Assembly: GCA_946186115.1 (NCBI GenBank)
Contig: CAMHLV010000006.1
Span: forward strand, 13,950-77,949
Source of the DNA: an uncultured Prevotella sp.
Lineage (GTDB): Bacteria; Bacteroidota; Bacteroidia; Bacteroidales; Bacteroidaceae
DNA length: 64,000 bases
Reading direction: 5' to 3'
Position numbers and translations under genes: made by a program. This document shows positions 30,218-39,553 of the stretch, piece after piece (within the stretch, counting starts at the first letter, position 1; each line of letters opens with the position of its first letter). The notes under the pieces are model-generated. The model searched no databases. It was not told the DNA's origin and saw only the letters and a list, made by a program, of their open reading frames with translations.

Positions 30218-31741
30218 ATGAAACAGAATAATATTTTCCCTTTATGCCTTTTTACCCTTTTGCTTTTCATCTATGCGTGTACTGAAACTGTCAGTGATGC
30301 AAAGCAGGAGACCAGTCTGCCTCATATATATCCAGACTACGTTGGCGTCACAATTCCTGTGAATATTGCTCCTCTCTGCTTCAACATGGCCGACGAGACG
30401 GTTTTGTGTGTTGATGCCGTTGTGTCAGACAGTCACGGACATTCCCTTCATGGTCAGGGAAAAGAGTCGGTTGACTTCGATATTGACGACTGGCACACAC
30501 TGCTCAGCTCCCTTTCCTTTGAGAGAGGAGCGGGGAGAGGTATCGACTCACTCAGCGTCACCGTTTCCGCCAAGTATGATGATGGCTGGCACACATATAG
30601 TCCCTTCTACATCTATGTCAGCGCCGACAGCATAGACTACGGCATCTGCTACCGTCTTATTGAGCCAGGCTATGAGGTATGGAGCAAGATGGGTATTTAC
30701 GAGCGCGACCTCTCAACGTTCGAAGAGCATGCGCTGATTGAGAACACGCAGTTCGAGGGCTGCGTCAACTGCCATAGTTTCAATCGGGGGAATCCTAATG
30801 ATATGAGCCTTCACATCCGTGGTTCTCATGGTGCAACACTACTGCGCCACAACTCATCGCTCACCGCCTTTAACACTAAGACCCCTCAGACGCTTGGACT
30901 GTGTGTTTATCCCTATTGGCATCCTTCAGGGCGCTATATTGCTTATTCCACCAATACCACTAATCAGACGTTCCATAGCGCCCATCCCAACCGTGTTGAG
31001 GTTTTCGACTCTGCCTCCGATCTGCAGGTATATGATGTAGAAAGAAATGAATTGCTGCTCTCGCCTCTTCTCAAACAAGACTCCGTCTATGAGACTTTCC
31101 CTGTTTTCTCTGCTGAAGGCCGCTCTATCTATTTTTGTGCGGCCCGTGCCCTACCTGAGGGCAGTCACCAGCTCGACTCTATCCGCTATAGTCTCTGTCG
31201 CATTGATTTCGATCCAGCTTCGGGTACTTTCGGTGATCATATTGACACCATAGTTGATGCTAACACCTCTTCACTGCGGGATGGCAGGGTAGGGGCTTCA
31301 GTGTCTTTCCCACGTCCTTCCTACGATGACCGTTTCCTATGCTATACCCTCTCAGACTACGGACAGTTCAGCATCTGGCATCATGAGGCCGACCTCTGGA
31401 TGCTTGACTTGCAGACGGGTATTTCACGTCCAATGACTGAGGCAAACTCTGACGATACAGAGTCGTTCCACAACTGGAGTACCAATTCGCGCTGGCTTGT
31501 GCTGAGTTCCCGTCGCGATGATGGGCTTTATACGCGTCCTTATTTCTGTCATGTCGATGACAATGGGAATGTTACAAAGGCATTTATGCTGCCTCAGCGT
31601 AATCCGCGCCGTTTCTATCGCGACCGCTTCTTCTCCTTCAACGTGCCTGACTTTATCATTCGTCCGACTCGTTTCGATGGTCATAAGGCAAGTAGGATAA
31701 TAAACGATGATTATCGCAAGAATTTCGGAGTCCGCAATTAG
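30218..31741 (+). CDS. TolB-like/PD40 lipoprotein with CVNCH motif (copy 2)
   Basis: Lipobox IYAC; IYPDY, YRLIEPGYE, YPYWHPSG, HNWSTNSRW, SRRDDG. Confidence 0.8.
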   Translation: MKQNNIFPLCLFTLLLFIYACTETVSDAKQETSLPHIYPDYVGVTIPVNIAPLCFNMADETVLCVDAVVSDSHGHSLHGQGKESVDFDIDDWHTLLSSLSFERGAGRGIDSLSVTVSAKYDDGWHTYSPFYIYVSADSIDYGICYRLIEPGYEVWSKMGIYERDLSTFEEHALIENTQFEGCVNCHSFNRGNPNDMSLHIRGSHGATLLRHNSSLTAFNTKTPQTLGLCVYPYWHPSGRYIAYSTNTTNQTFHSAHPNRVEVFDSASDLQVYDVERNELLLSPLLKQDSVYETFPVFSAEGRSIYFCAARALPEGSHQLDSIRYSLCRIDFDPASGTFGDHIDTIVDANTSSLRDGRVGASVSFPRPSYDDRFLCYTLSDYGQFSIWHHEADLWMLDLQTGISRPMTEANSDDTESFHNWSTNSRWLVLSSRRDDGLYTRPYFCHVDDNGNVTKAFMLPQRNPRRFYRDRFFSFNVPDFIIRPTRFDGHKASRIINDDYRKNFGVRN

Positions 31742-31782
31742 CCGCAAAACGTGCTCAAAGGCTATTGTTCATTTGTTAAGGA

Positions 31783-31809
31783 AGCGTCTCCGTTGTGAGA
31801 CGTTTTATT
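31783..31809 (+). terminator. Possible terminator
   Basis: AGCGTCTC/GAGACGTT stem followed by TTATT. Confidence 0.45.
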
Positions 31810-31981
31810 ATTTACTGATGAAGTGTTTTCAGGCACATGTGTCGTTATTGGCCAGATAAAAATAGTGTTAATCTTAAGAATTCTTTGTTTATAGCTGTAT
31901 TTTCTTGCTGTTTTCAACAAAAAATGCAAAATAGTATTATAATTAATCAATAAAATATGTTATCGTTTCCCAAAAAAGTCT

Positions 31982-31989
31982 TATCTTTG
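31982..31989 (+). promoter_or_regulatory. -7 promoter element (TATCTTTG) for the third susC
   Basis: TAnnTTTG+CA; implies a ~190 nt 5' UTR. Confidence 0.6.
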
Positions 31990-32084
31990 CACGGCGTAAA
32001 GTTCAATAATGAAACTTAATTACTACCAATAATACTAACAATTAAATAAATAAACAATATGGGAATAAGAAAGTAAGAATGTAA

Positions 32085-32117
32085 TCACCATTGCGGGCCT
32101 AGTGGGCTTGGCGTGGA
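32085..32117 (+). promoter_or_regulatory. Conserved GC-rich 5' leader element, copy 2
   Basis: 32/33 nt identical to 19253-19285. Confidence 0.65.
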
Positions 32118-32184
32118 GGAGATGTCATGTCTCTACTAGCTAAACATTGTATTTATCCAATCAATTCAAAGAAAATACTTAAGT

Positions 32185-35100
32185 ATGAATCAAAAAATCA
32201 GAAAGACAGCGCTGTTGATGGGTGCATGTTCCCTTTTGGGTATGTACTCACCAGTAACGGCCAATGCCGAAAGTTCGGTACAGGCTGTTCAACAGGCAAC
32301 TAAGAAGGTTACAGGTACTGTGTCTGACGCTATGGGTCCCGTAATAGGAGCCTCAGTCGTGGAAAAGGGCAATACCGGTAACGGTGTGGTCACCGACTTC
32401 GATGGTAATTTTACCATCAACGTGAAGCCCGGTGCAACTCTTGTCATCTCCTACATTGGTTTTACCACTCAGGAGATTGCTGTAGGCAACCAGTCTAACA
32501 TTTCTGTTACGCTGAAGGAAGACAATGCCCTGCTCGACGAAGTGGTTGTAGTAGGTTATGGTGTTCAGAAGAAGAAGCTCGTCACCGGTGCTACCGTTGA
32601 GGTGAAAGGTGAGGATATTGCTAAGCTGAACACAACTCAGGTGCTGGGTGCCCTGCAGAGTCAGAGCCCTGGTGTGTCTATCCAGGCAGTAGGCGGTCAG
32701 CCAGGTGATGGCTTTAAGGTTTCTATCCGTGGTGCTGGTACCAATGGCGACACCAAGCCTCTGTACGTTATCGACGGTGTGGCTGGTGGCGACATCAACA
32801 ATCTTAACCCTGCCGACATCGAGCGCGTTGACGTGCTGAAGGACGCTGCAAGCTGTGCCATCTATGGTTCGGCTGCTGCTAACGGTGTCATCCTGGTGAC
32901 TACGAAGCAGGGTAAGGAAGGTAGCATTGAGGTCAGCTATGATGGTAACATCGGTTGGCAGAACATCTATCGTCTGCCCCAGATGCTGACAGCCAAGGAG
33001 TACATGCAGGTGATTGACATTGCTACTTTCAACTCTGGTGAGGCTCCCATCAACTGGGCTAACTACTTCAAGGGACAGGAAGCTCTGCTGGAGTCATACC
33101 AGAACGGCACTAACCCCGGTACAGACTGGATTGACGCTCTGCGCAACAAGAATGCCATCACCACATCTCACTCTATGAACATTGCAGGTGGCGGCAGCCT
33201 CTCAAAGTTCTCTATGGGTGTTGGCTATCAGTATCAGGATGGTACCTTCGGTGGCGAATATGCCAAGTCTGATTTCCGTCGTCTTACACTGCGCCTGAAT
33301 TCCGAGCACGTTATTTACCGCAACAGCGAAGGTCTTGACGTGATCAAGGTTGGTGAGAACATCTACTATGGCCACAAGCAGACCCAGGGTATTCAGCAGG
33401 GTAATATGTATGGTAACACACTGTCTTACATGATGCGTGCTATTCCGTTGATTCCTATCTACAATGCCGATGGCGACTTCTTCGGCTACAACGACGTGAA
33501 GGGCATGGGCATGTTCAACTATAACGCTTACATCTCGAATCCTCTTGCTGCACTGACATATACCTCTGCCTCTAACAACAAGAGCGTAAGCCGTAATCTG
33601 AACACCGTAGGCTACGTTGAGATTCAGCCGATTAAGGGTCTGATCTATCGTGGTCAGGTGAGCTACAATACAAGCACATGGAGCTATCGCTCGTTCAGTC
33701 CTACCTATCAGTTGACCGACCAGACTGGCGGATACAATCTCACCAGCAGTGCCTTCAACCAGATTGGACAGGGATGGAGCTGGGGTATGACACATACCTT
33801 GAACTATAGGTTCGACCTGAGCGACCATCATTTCGACGTACTGGCCGGTACTGAGTACAGCGAGAGCCGTCCTAACTTCGGCTTCTCACTGGAGGCTACT
33901 GCCACCAATGCCATTACTCCCGATTTGAACCATGCTTACATGGCACTGATGAAGGACAACAATGCCCAAGCTACGGTTTCGGGTTGGCCTTATGGCGACT
34001 CTCGCGGCTTGTCATACTTCGGCCGTTTGAACTACGACTTCGCTGAGAAGTACATGCTCTCTGCCATCATCCGTGCCGATGGTAGTTCAGTATTTGCTCC
34101 CGGACACCGCTGGGGTTACTTCCCCTCATTCTCTGCTGGTTGGGTAGTGAGCAATGAGAACTTCCTGAAGGATTCTAACTGGCTGAGCTTCTTGAAGCTG
34201 CGTGCTGGTTGGGGACAGAATGGTAACAAGAACAATGTGAGTGCCTTCGCCTATGAGGCTGCTTTCGCATACGATGCATTCAGCATGTATTCTTTCGGCA
34301 ATGCCAAGGATACTCCTACCAAGGGCGCTTCGCTCTCTCGTCTGAAGAATGAGGAACTCACCTGGGAGACCTCTGAGCAGATCAACGTTGGTTTCGATGC
34401 CCGCTTCCTCGCTGGTAAGCTGAGTCTGACAGCTGATTGGTATCAGAAGACTACCAAGGACCTGATCCTTGACGTGCCTGTTTCTCCTACTACAGGTTTC
34501 TCGACTCAGAAAGCTAATGCAGGTACTGTTCGTAACCGTGGTATCGAGGTTGCTCTGAACTGGCGCGACCGCATCGGTAGCGATTTTGAATACAGCATCG
34601 GCTATAACATTGCTTATAATAAGAATGAGGTTACTAAGGTTAACAGCTCGCAGAGGTACAACAATGGTGGTAACAACCTGCTGGCAATGGGTACCGGATA
34701 TATGGCCCGCTTCGAGGAAGGACAGCCTATCGGCTATTTCTGGGGCTATAAGACTGCTGGTCCTATCCAGAATGCTGCCGAGCTCGCAGCCTATACCGCT
34801 TCTCTGAAAGATGGTGATCCCGCAAACTCGCTGCAGGGTACCGATTTGAAGGTTGGTGACCTGAGATTTGTCGATACAAACGGTGACGGCATCATCAACG
34901 CTGACGATAAGACTTACCTTGGTGACCCGAACCCCGACGTCACAATGGGTCTCACTCTGGGTGCCAATTGGAAGGGCTTCGACCTCAACGTTACCGGTTA
35001 TGCCGCACTCGGACAGCAGGTGGCTCGCAGCTATCGTAACTTCGCTGACAGCTACTATGAGAACTACACTACCGAGGTGTTCGACTATTGGAACGGTGAG

Positions 35101-35919
35101 GGTACCTCTGACAAGTATCCTAAGTTTGCTTATATGAACCGCGGTATGAACTGGCAGTCAATCTCTGACCTCTATATTGAGGACGGTGACTATTTCCGCC
35201 TGCAGAACCTGACCGTAGGTTACGACTTCGCTCACACTCTGCTGAAGAAGTCTCTCTTCCAGCAGCTGCGTATCTATTTCGCTGCTCAGAACCTCTTCAC
35301 CATCACCAACTATAAGGGTATGGATCCTGAGAACGGCCGTGCTATCAGCAGCGAGCCTTGGATTACTGGTGTTGACCTGGGTAACTATCCTCAGCCCCGT
35401 ACCTATTTGGTCGGTGTGAACATCAAGTTCAAGGGTAAGGATGCTCCGAAGGCCGAGGCCAAGACTGTCTATGTTAAGGATGATGCAGAAATTGCACGCC
35501 TGAACGGTGAACTGAACCAGCTGCGTGCCGAGCTCGATGCTTGCCGCAACCGTGCTCCTGAGACAAAGGTTATCAAGGAAGAAAACGTGTTGACATTCCC
35601 GTATCTGGTGAACTTCGTCATTAATAAGACCGACGTTGTAAACCGCGAGCAGGTGAACCTTGAGACCATCGCTCAGATGATCAAGGCTGCTCCTGGCAAG
35701 AAGTTCAATGTGATTGGTTATGCCGACAATACTACCGGAACTCCTGAGATTAATACTCAGCTGGCCCAGACTCGTGCCCAGAACGTTTACGACATTCTCG
35801 TCAACCAGTTTGGCGTATCTCGCGACAGCCTCGTGCTCGACTCTAAGGGTGGTGTGGACAACATGTATCTGGATGATCCACAGCTCAGCCGCTCGGTAGT
35901 TATCTCTGAGGTGAAGTAA
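32185..35919 (+). CDS. susC: SusC TonB-dependent transporter fused to a C-terminal coiled coil and OmpA-like peptidoglycan-binding domain
   Basis: Complete SusC ending VGVNIKF at 35430, then continuing in frame to VNFVINK..VIGYADNTTGTPEINTQLAQTRAQNVYDILVNQFGV..LSRSVVI. Confidence 0.9.
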   Translation: MNQKIRKTALLMGACSLLGMYSPVTANAESSVQAVQQATKKVTGTVSDAMGPVIGASVVEKGNTGNGVVTDFDGNFTINVKPGATLVISYIGFTTQEIAVGNQSNISVTLKEDNALLDEVVVVGYGVQKKKLVTGATVEVKGEDIAKLNTTQVLGALQSQSPGVSIQAVGGQPGDGFKVSIRGAGTNGDTKPLYVIDGVAGGDINNLNPADIERVDVLKDAASCAIYGSAAANGVILVTTKQGKEGSIEVSYDGNIGWQNIYRLPQMLTAKEYMQVIDIATFNSGEAPINWANYFKGQEALLESYQNGTNPGTDWIDALRNKNAITTSHSMNIAGGGSLSKFSMGVGYQYQDGTFGGEYAKSDFRRLTLRLNSEHVIYRNSEGLDVIKVGENIYYGHKQTQGIQQGNMYGNTLSYMMRAIPLIPIYNADGDFFGYNDVKGMGMFNYNAYISNPLAALTYTSASNNKSVSRNLNTVGYVEIQPIKGLIYRGQVSYNTSTWSYRSFSPTYQLTDQTGGYNLTSSAFNQIGQGWSWGMTHTLNYRFDLSDHHFDVLAGTEYSESRPNFGFSLEATATNAITPDLNHAYMALMKDNNAQATVSGWPYGDSRGLSYFGRLNYDFAEKYMLSAIIRADGSSVFAPGHRWGYFPSFSAGWVVSNENFLKDSNWLSFLKLRAGWGQNGNKNNVSAFAYEAAFAYDAFSMYSFGNAKDTPTKGASLSRLKNEELTWETSEQINVGFDARFLAGKLSLTADWYQKTTKDLILDVPVSPTTGFSTQKANAGTVRNRGIEVALNWRDRIGSDFEYSIGYNIAYNKNEVTKVNSSQRYNNGGNNLLAMGTGYMARFEEGQPIGYFWGYKTAGPIQNAAELAAYTASLKDGDPANSLQGTDLKVGDLRFVDTNGDGIINADDKTYLGDPNPDVTMGLTLGANWKGFDLNVTGYAALGQQVARSYRNFADSYYENYTTEVFDYWNGEGTSDKYPKFAYMNRGMNWQSISDLYIEDGDYFRLQNLTVGYDFAHTLLKKSLFQQLRIYFAAQNLFTITNYKGMDPENGRAISSEPWITGVDLGNYPQPRTYLVGVNIKFKGKDAPKAEAKTVYVKDDAEIARLNGELNQLRAELDACRNRAPETKVIKEENVLTFPYLVNFVINKTDVVNREQVNLETIAQMIKAAPGKKFNVIGYADNTTGTPEINTQLAQTRAQNVYDILVNQFGVSRDSLVLDSKGGVDNMYLDDPQLSRSVVISEVK

Positions 35920-35962
35920 TCTTATTAACTTACAAACTTATAAACTCAGAAAAAATAAGAAT

Positions 35963-37753
35963 ATGAAAAAGATATTTCTATTAGCTACAGCCGCTGTCAC
36001 AATGGGACTTGCTTCTTGTGACATCGACAATGTAGAGAACATCGGCGAGATGTCTACGAGTGAGTTCCCCAAATCGGATGCTGACATCGAGGCAGTGCTT
36101 GCTGGTGTATATCAGAATCTGAACGAGACACACGCCAATCCGCAGATGTCGTTCCTCTATGCTGCCTGTCTGGCCTCTGACGACCAGCTCGGCGGTGGTG
36201 GTACCAACGATAAGCTGATGCAGGCTGAAGACTTGCTGCTCAACACAGGTTCAGACATGACCAACCAGTTCTATGCAGACCGCTATAAGGGTATTGCGCG
36301 TGCAAACACTCTTATAAAGGTGCTTAACGAGGCTGACATGGACGAGAAAATCAAGAATGTCGGTCTTGGTGAGACTTTGTTCCTGCGTGCATTCTATTAC
36401 TATGAGTTGGCTTCCATGTATGGCAATGTGCCCCTGATTACCGATCCTGAGCAGGAAGACAGCCATCAGGGTGACATCAAGGTGCTCTGGGGACAGATTC
36501 TGCAGGATCTGCGTGATGCCTGTGAAAAGCTGCCTGCCACACGACGCTCTGACGGTCGTATCGACAAGTACACTGCTGAGGCTATGCTGGGCCGCGCCTG
36601 GCTGTTCTACACCGGCATGTACGGCAATGGTACTGACATCACTGCTCTGACCAGCACTTCTTACAGCCCGCTGACTTCTGTCGATTTGAACGACGAAACC
36701 ACTCTGACTAAGCAGAATGTCATCGACTATATCGACGACTGTGTCAACAATTCAGGCTACGAGCTGGTGCCCGACTTCCGCAATCTCTGGGCTTACACAA
36801 ATAAGACTGTAGTCAACGACTATCCCTACACAGCAGGCCAAGGTCTGAAGTGGGTCGAGGACGACAATGCTGTCAACCCCGAGTCAATGTTCGCTATCAA
36901 GTTCAACAAGATGGCTTCATGGAGCACTACTATCGGTTACTCCAACGGTATCGCCCTGCACTTTGGTGTCCGCGGTGCTCAGAGCTATGAGAACACCTTC
37001 CCGTTCGGACAGGGCTGGGGTGCCGGACCTGTTGCACCAAACCTCGTGAACGACTGGAAGGCCGCCGAGCCTAACGATGTACGTCTGAAGGCTACCGTAT
37101 GCTTTGTCAACGACACACTAGAAATGCCCGCCTACACATATGGTGGTTGGGCTGACTGGGTACAGGAGACTGACTACTACCAGAAGAAGTGGTCACCCAT
37201 CGTCTGCAAGAATAACGGTTCTGTTCCTGCAGCTAGTGATGGCGAAGCACCTCCCGCATACGTTGTGTTTGAGAACATCATGTATGGTCACACAGGTGGT
37301 TTGGAGGGAGGATACGGCAACAACTTCCAGTTGGACAACATCCACGACCTTGTGCTCATTCGCTTCGCTGATGTACTGCTCATGCAGTCAGAGTTGAAGG
37401 AGAACGTAGATGGTATAAATAAGGTACGCGCACGCGCTGGTCTCGATCCTATCAGCAGTTACTCACTGATGGCTCTTCAGAACGAGCGCCGTTGGGAATT
37501 TGCCTGCGAGGGTATCCGCTGGAACGACATCCGTCGTTGGCACATTGCTGCCACTCAGCTGGCTAAGCAGGAGAATCAGCCGGTTTACTATTGTGGTAAT
37601 CCCTCTAACAATTATGCTCACAATGGTGGTTATGCTGCTCGCTACAAGGCTACTGCCGGTTTCCAGAAGATGCCTGACACTCAGATTTCTCTGGGTACTG
37701 TGGTCCAGAACGACGGTTGGACTGATTCTTCGTCTGAATACGGTGGCTGGTAA
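35963..37753 (+). CDS. susD: SusD/RagB family lipoprotein
   Basis: LASCD, FLRAFYYYEL..YGNVPLI, IRFADVLLM, ERRWEFACEGIRWNDIRRW. Confidence 0.92.
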   Translation: MKKIFLLATAAVTMGLASCDIDNVENIGEMSTSEFPKSDADIEAVLAGVYQNLNETHANPQMSFLYAACLASDDQLGGGGTNDKLMQAEDLLLNTGSDMTNQFYADRYKGIARANTLIKVLNEADMDEKIKNVGLGETLFLRAFYYYELASMYGNVPLITDPEQEDSHQGDIKVLWGQILQDLRDACEKLPATRRSDGRIDKYTAEAMLGRAWLFYTGMYGNGTDITALTSTSYSPLTSVDLNDETTLTKQNVIDYIDDCVNNSGYELVPDFRNLWAYTNKTVVNDYPYTAGQGLKWVEDDNAVNPESMFAIKFNKMASWSTTIGYSNGIALHFGVRGAQSYENTFPFGQGWGAGPVAPNLVNDWKAAEPNDVRLKATVCFVNDTLEMPAYTYGGWADWVQETDYYQKKWSPIVCKNNGSVPAASDGEAPPAYVVFENIMYGHTGGLEGGYGNNFQLDNIHDLVLIRFADVLLMQSELKENVDGINKVRARAGLDPISSYSLMALQNERRWEFACEGIRWNDIRRWHIAATQLAKQENQPVYYCGNPSNNYAHNGGYAARYKATAGFQKMPDTQISLGTVVQNDGWTDSSSEYGGW

Positions 37754-37788
37754 TCCACAATGTCGAATTATTAAACAAAGAAGAAAAA

Positions 37789-39306
37789 ATGAAAAAATCA
37801 ATATTATTCATGGTTGCAGCACTGGGTCTGCTGACCTCCTGCGACCCTTCGAAAGATAGCCTCAGCATACCAGGCGACTCTGGTCTTACTGGTGAGCAAC
37901 TGGCAAACGGATTCTCCGTTGTTCAGTATGGCGACGAAGACTACACCATTGAGGCTGCCGATGGTAATTATTTCACGTTCACAACATCTCCTTCACGTGT
38001 GGTAAAAATTTACCAGCTCGATGAGGATGGTAATGAGAATGTTCTGTCGGCAGGTACTGCTAATGGCAAGTTCAAGATTGTCCCCAAGCGTGGCAATCCC
38101 TCTGAACAGACATATTATATTGAGACCCACGACTACAACGGCAACGTCATTGTAGGTAAGAAGACGGCTAATGTATATGTTCCTCAGGAACTGGATCCCG
38201 TTGTACGCTGGCTTGCCAGTGATGCCTATGGTTCTAAGACCTGGCAGTGGGATACTGAGTTCCGTGATGGTGCTGTCTGGGGTAACTTAGGTTATGCTCC
38301 TGGTGATGGCGACAGCTTCGTCAATGATGGTAACGGCATTTGGTGGGGTTCTACTCCCGAAGGTCTGACAGATCAGCTGAAGCACTCTGATACGGGTGTG
38401 GCTACTGGTGAGGAAAGTGCAGATGCCAGAATGATTATCTACGACGACGGTAACATTGCTTGCTTCGATGCCGGTGGTAACCAGATTCGTAAGGGTAAGT
38501 ACTCTGTAGAAGGTTGGACTGGTGAGCGCAATCATGCCTCAGTCGATGGCTCTCAGACCGCATGGTCTTACGGTACACTGACTACTACCGAGGGTGCTAT
38601 TCTCTTCCCGTTCCAGATTAACGGTGGTGGTACGAAGCCGACCAACTTCGAAATCATGCAGCTGGATGCCAACCATCTGAAGCTCATCTATGCAGCTCCT
38701 GGTACAGGTAGCTGGGGTGAGGCTACATGGTGGGCTTTCAAGAGCAGCTCTGACGATGAGGCTGCCCTCACTGCGTTCGGTACAAAGGCTTGGACTTGGG
38801 ATACCGAGTGGCGCGATGGTGCCGTTTGGGGTAACCTGGGTTATGCACCTGGCGATGGCGACAGCTTCGTCAATGATGGTAATGGCATTTGGTGGGGTTC
38901 TACTCCCGAAGGCCTGACAGATCAGCTGAAGCACTCTGATACCGGCAATGCTACTGGTGAGGAAAGCTCTGATGCTTACATGACCTTCGACTGGGCAACA
39001 GGTAAGGTGAAGTCTTATGCTGGCGACGGCACTGAGATTCGTTCTGGTAACTTCGCCGTAACTCTTTGGTATGGTGGTGACAGAGACCAGGCTTCTGTTG
39101 ACGGCTCCCAGGCAAACTGGGCATACGGTACGCTGACCACAGATGGAGGCTCTATCCTCTTCCCGTTCAAGATTAACGGTGGTGGTGAGAAGCCCACTGA
39201 CTTCGAAATTATGCAGCTTGACGAGAATCACTTGAAGCTGATCTATGCCGCTCCTGGTACAGGTAGTTGGAGTGAGGCTACATGGTGGGCCTTCAAGAAG
39301 AAGTAA
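37789..39306 (+). CDS. Surface lipoprotein with an internal tandem duplication of a Trp/Gly-rich domain
   Basis: Lipobox LTSC+DPSKD; two 183-aa repeats. Confidence 0.8.
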   Translation: MKKSILFMVAALGLLTSCDPSKDSLSIPGDSGLTGEQLANGFSVVQYGDEDYTIEAADGNYFTFTTSPSRVVKIYQLDEDGNENVLSAGTANGKFKIVPKRGNPSEQTYYIETHDYNGNVIVGKKTANVYVPQELDPVVRWLASDAYGSKTWQWDTEFRDGAVWGNLGYAPGDGDSFVNDGNGIWWGSTPEGLTDQLKHSDTGVATGEESADARMIIYDDGNIACFDAGGNQIRKGKYSVEGWTGERNHASVDGSQTAWSYGTLTTTEGAILFPFQINGGGTKPTNFEIMQLDANHLKLIYAAPGTGSWGEATWWAFKSSSDDEAALTAFGTKAWTWDTEWRDGAVWGNLGYAPGDGDSFVNDGNGIWWGSTPEGLTDQLKHSDTGNATGEESSDAYMTFDWATGKVKSYAGDGTEIRSGNFAVTLWYGGDRDQASVDGSQANWAYGTLTTDGGSILFPFKINGGGEKPTDFEIMQLDENHLKLIYAAPGTGSWSEATWWAFKKK

Positions 39307-39348
39307 TCCACCCTCTCTGTTATCACTGAATAAGTGTTAACTTCATAT

Positions 39349-39385
39349 CCGCCCCGCAAACATGAATGGTTGCGGGGCGGTTTTG
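39349..39385 (+). terminator. Rho-independent terminator
   Basis: CCGCCCCGCAA/TTGCGGGGCGG followed by TTTTG. Confidence 0.8.
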
Positions 39386-39536
39386 TGTATTTAAAAATGA
39401 AGAAAGTTTGCCCCCTGCACTCCAGAATCTACTCTTTTAAGCCTGCCCAAATTGAAACAGTAATTTTTTTAAGAATTTGTTTTTGAGTGGTCAACAAGTT
39501 TTAGGCTAATATTTTGGTGTTCTCAAATAAATGTAG

Positions 39537-39544
39537 TAATTTTG
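39537..39544 (+). promoter_or_regulatory. -7 promoter element (TAATTTTG); nearly leaderless transcript
   Basis: TAnnTTTG+CA ending 10 nt before ATG 39554. Confidence 0.5.
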
Positions 39545-39553
39545 CAAGGTTAT

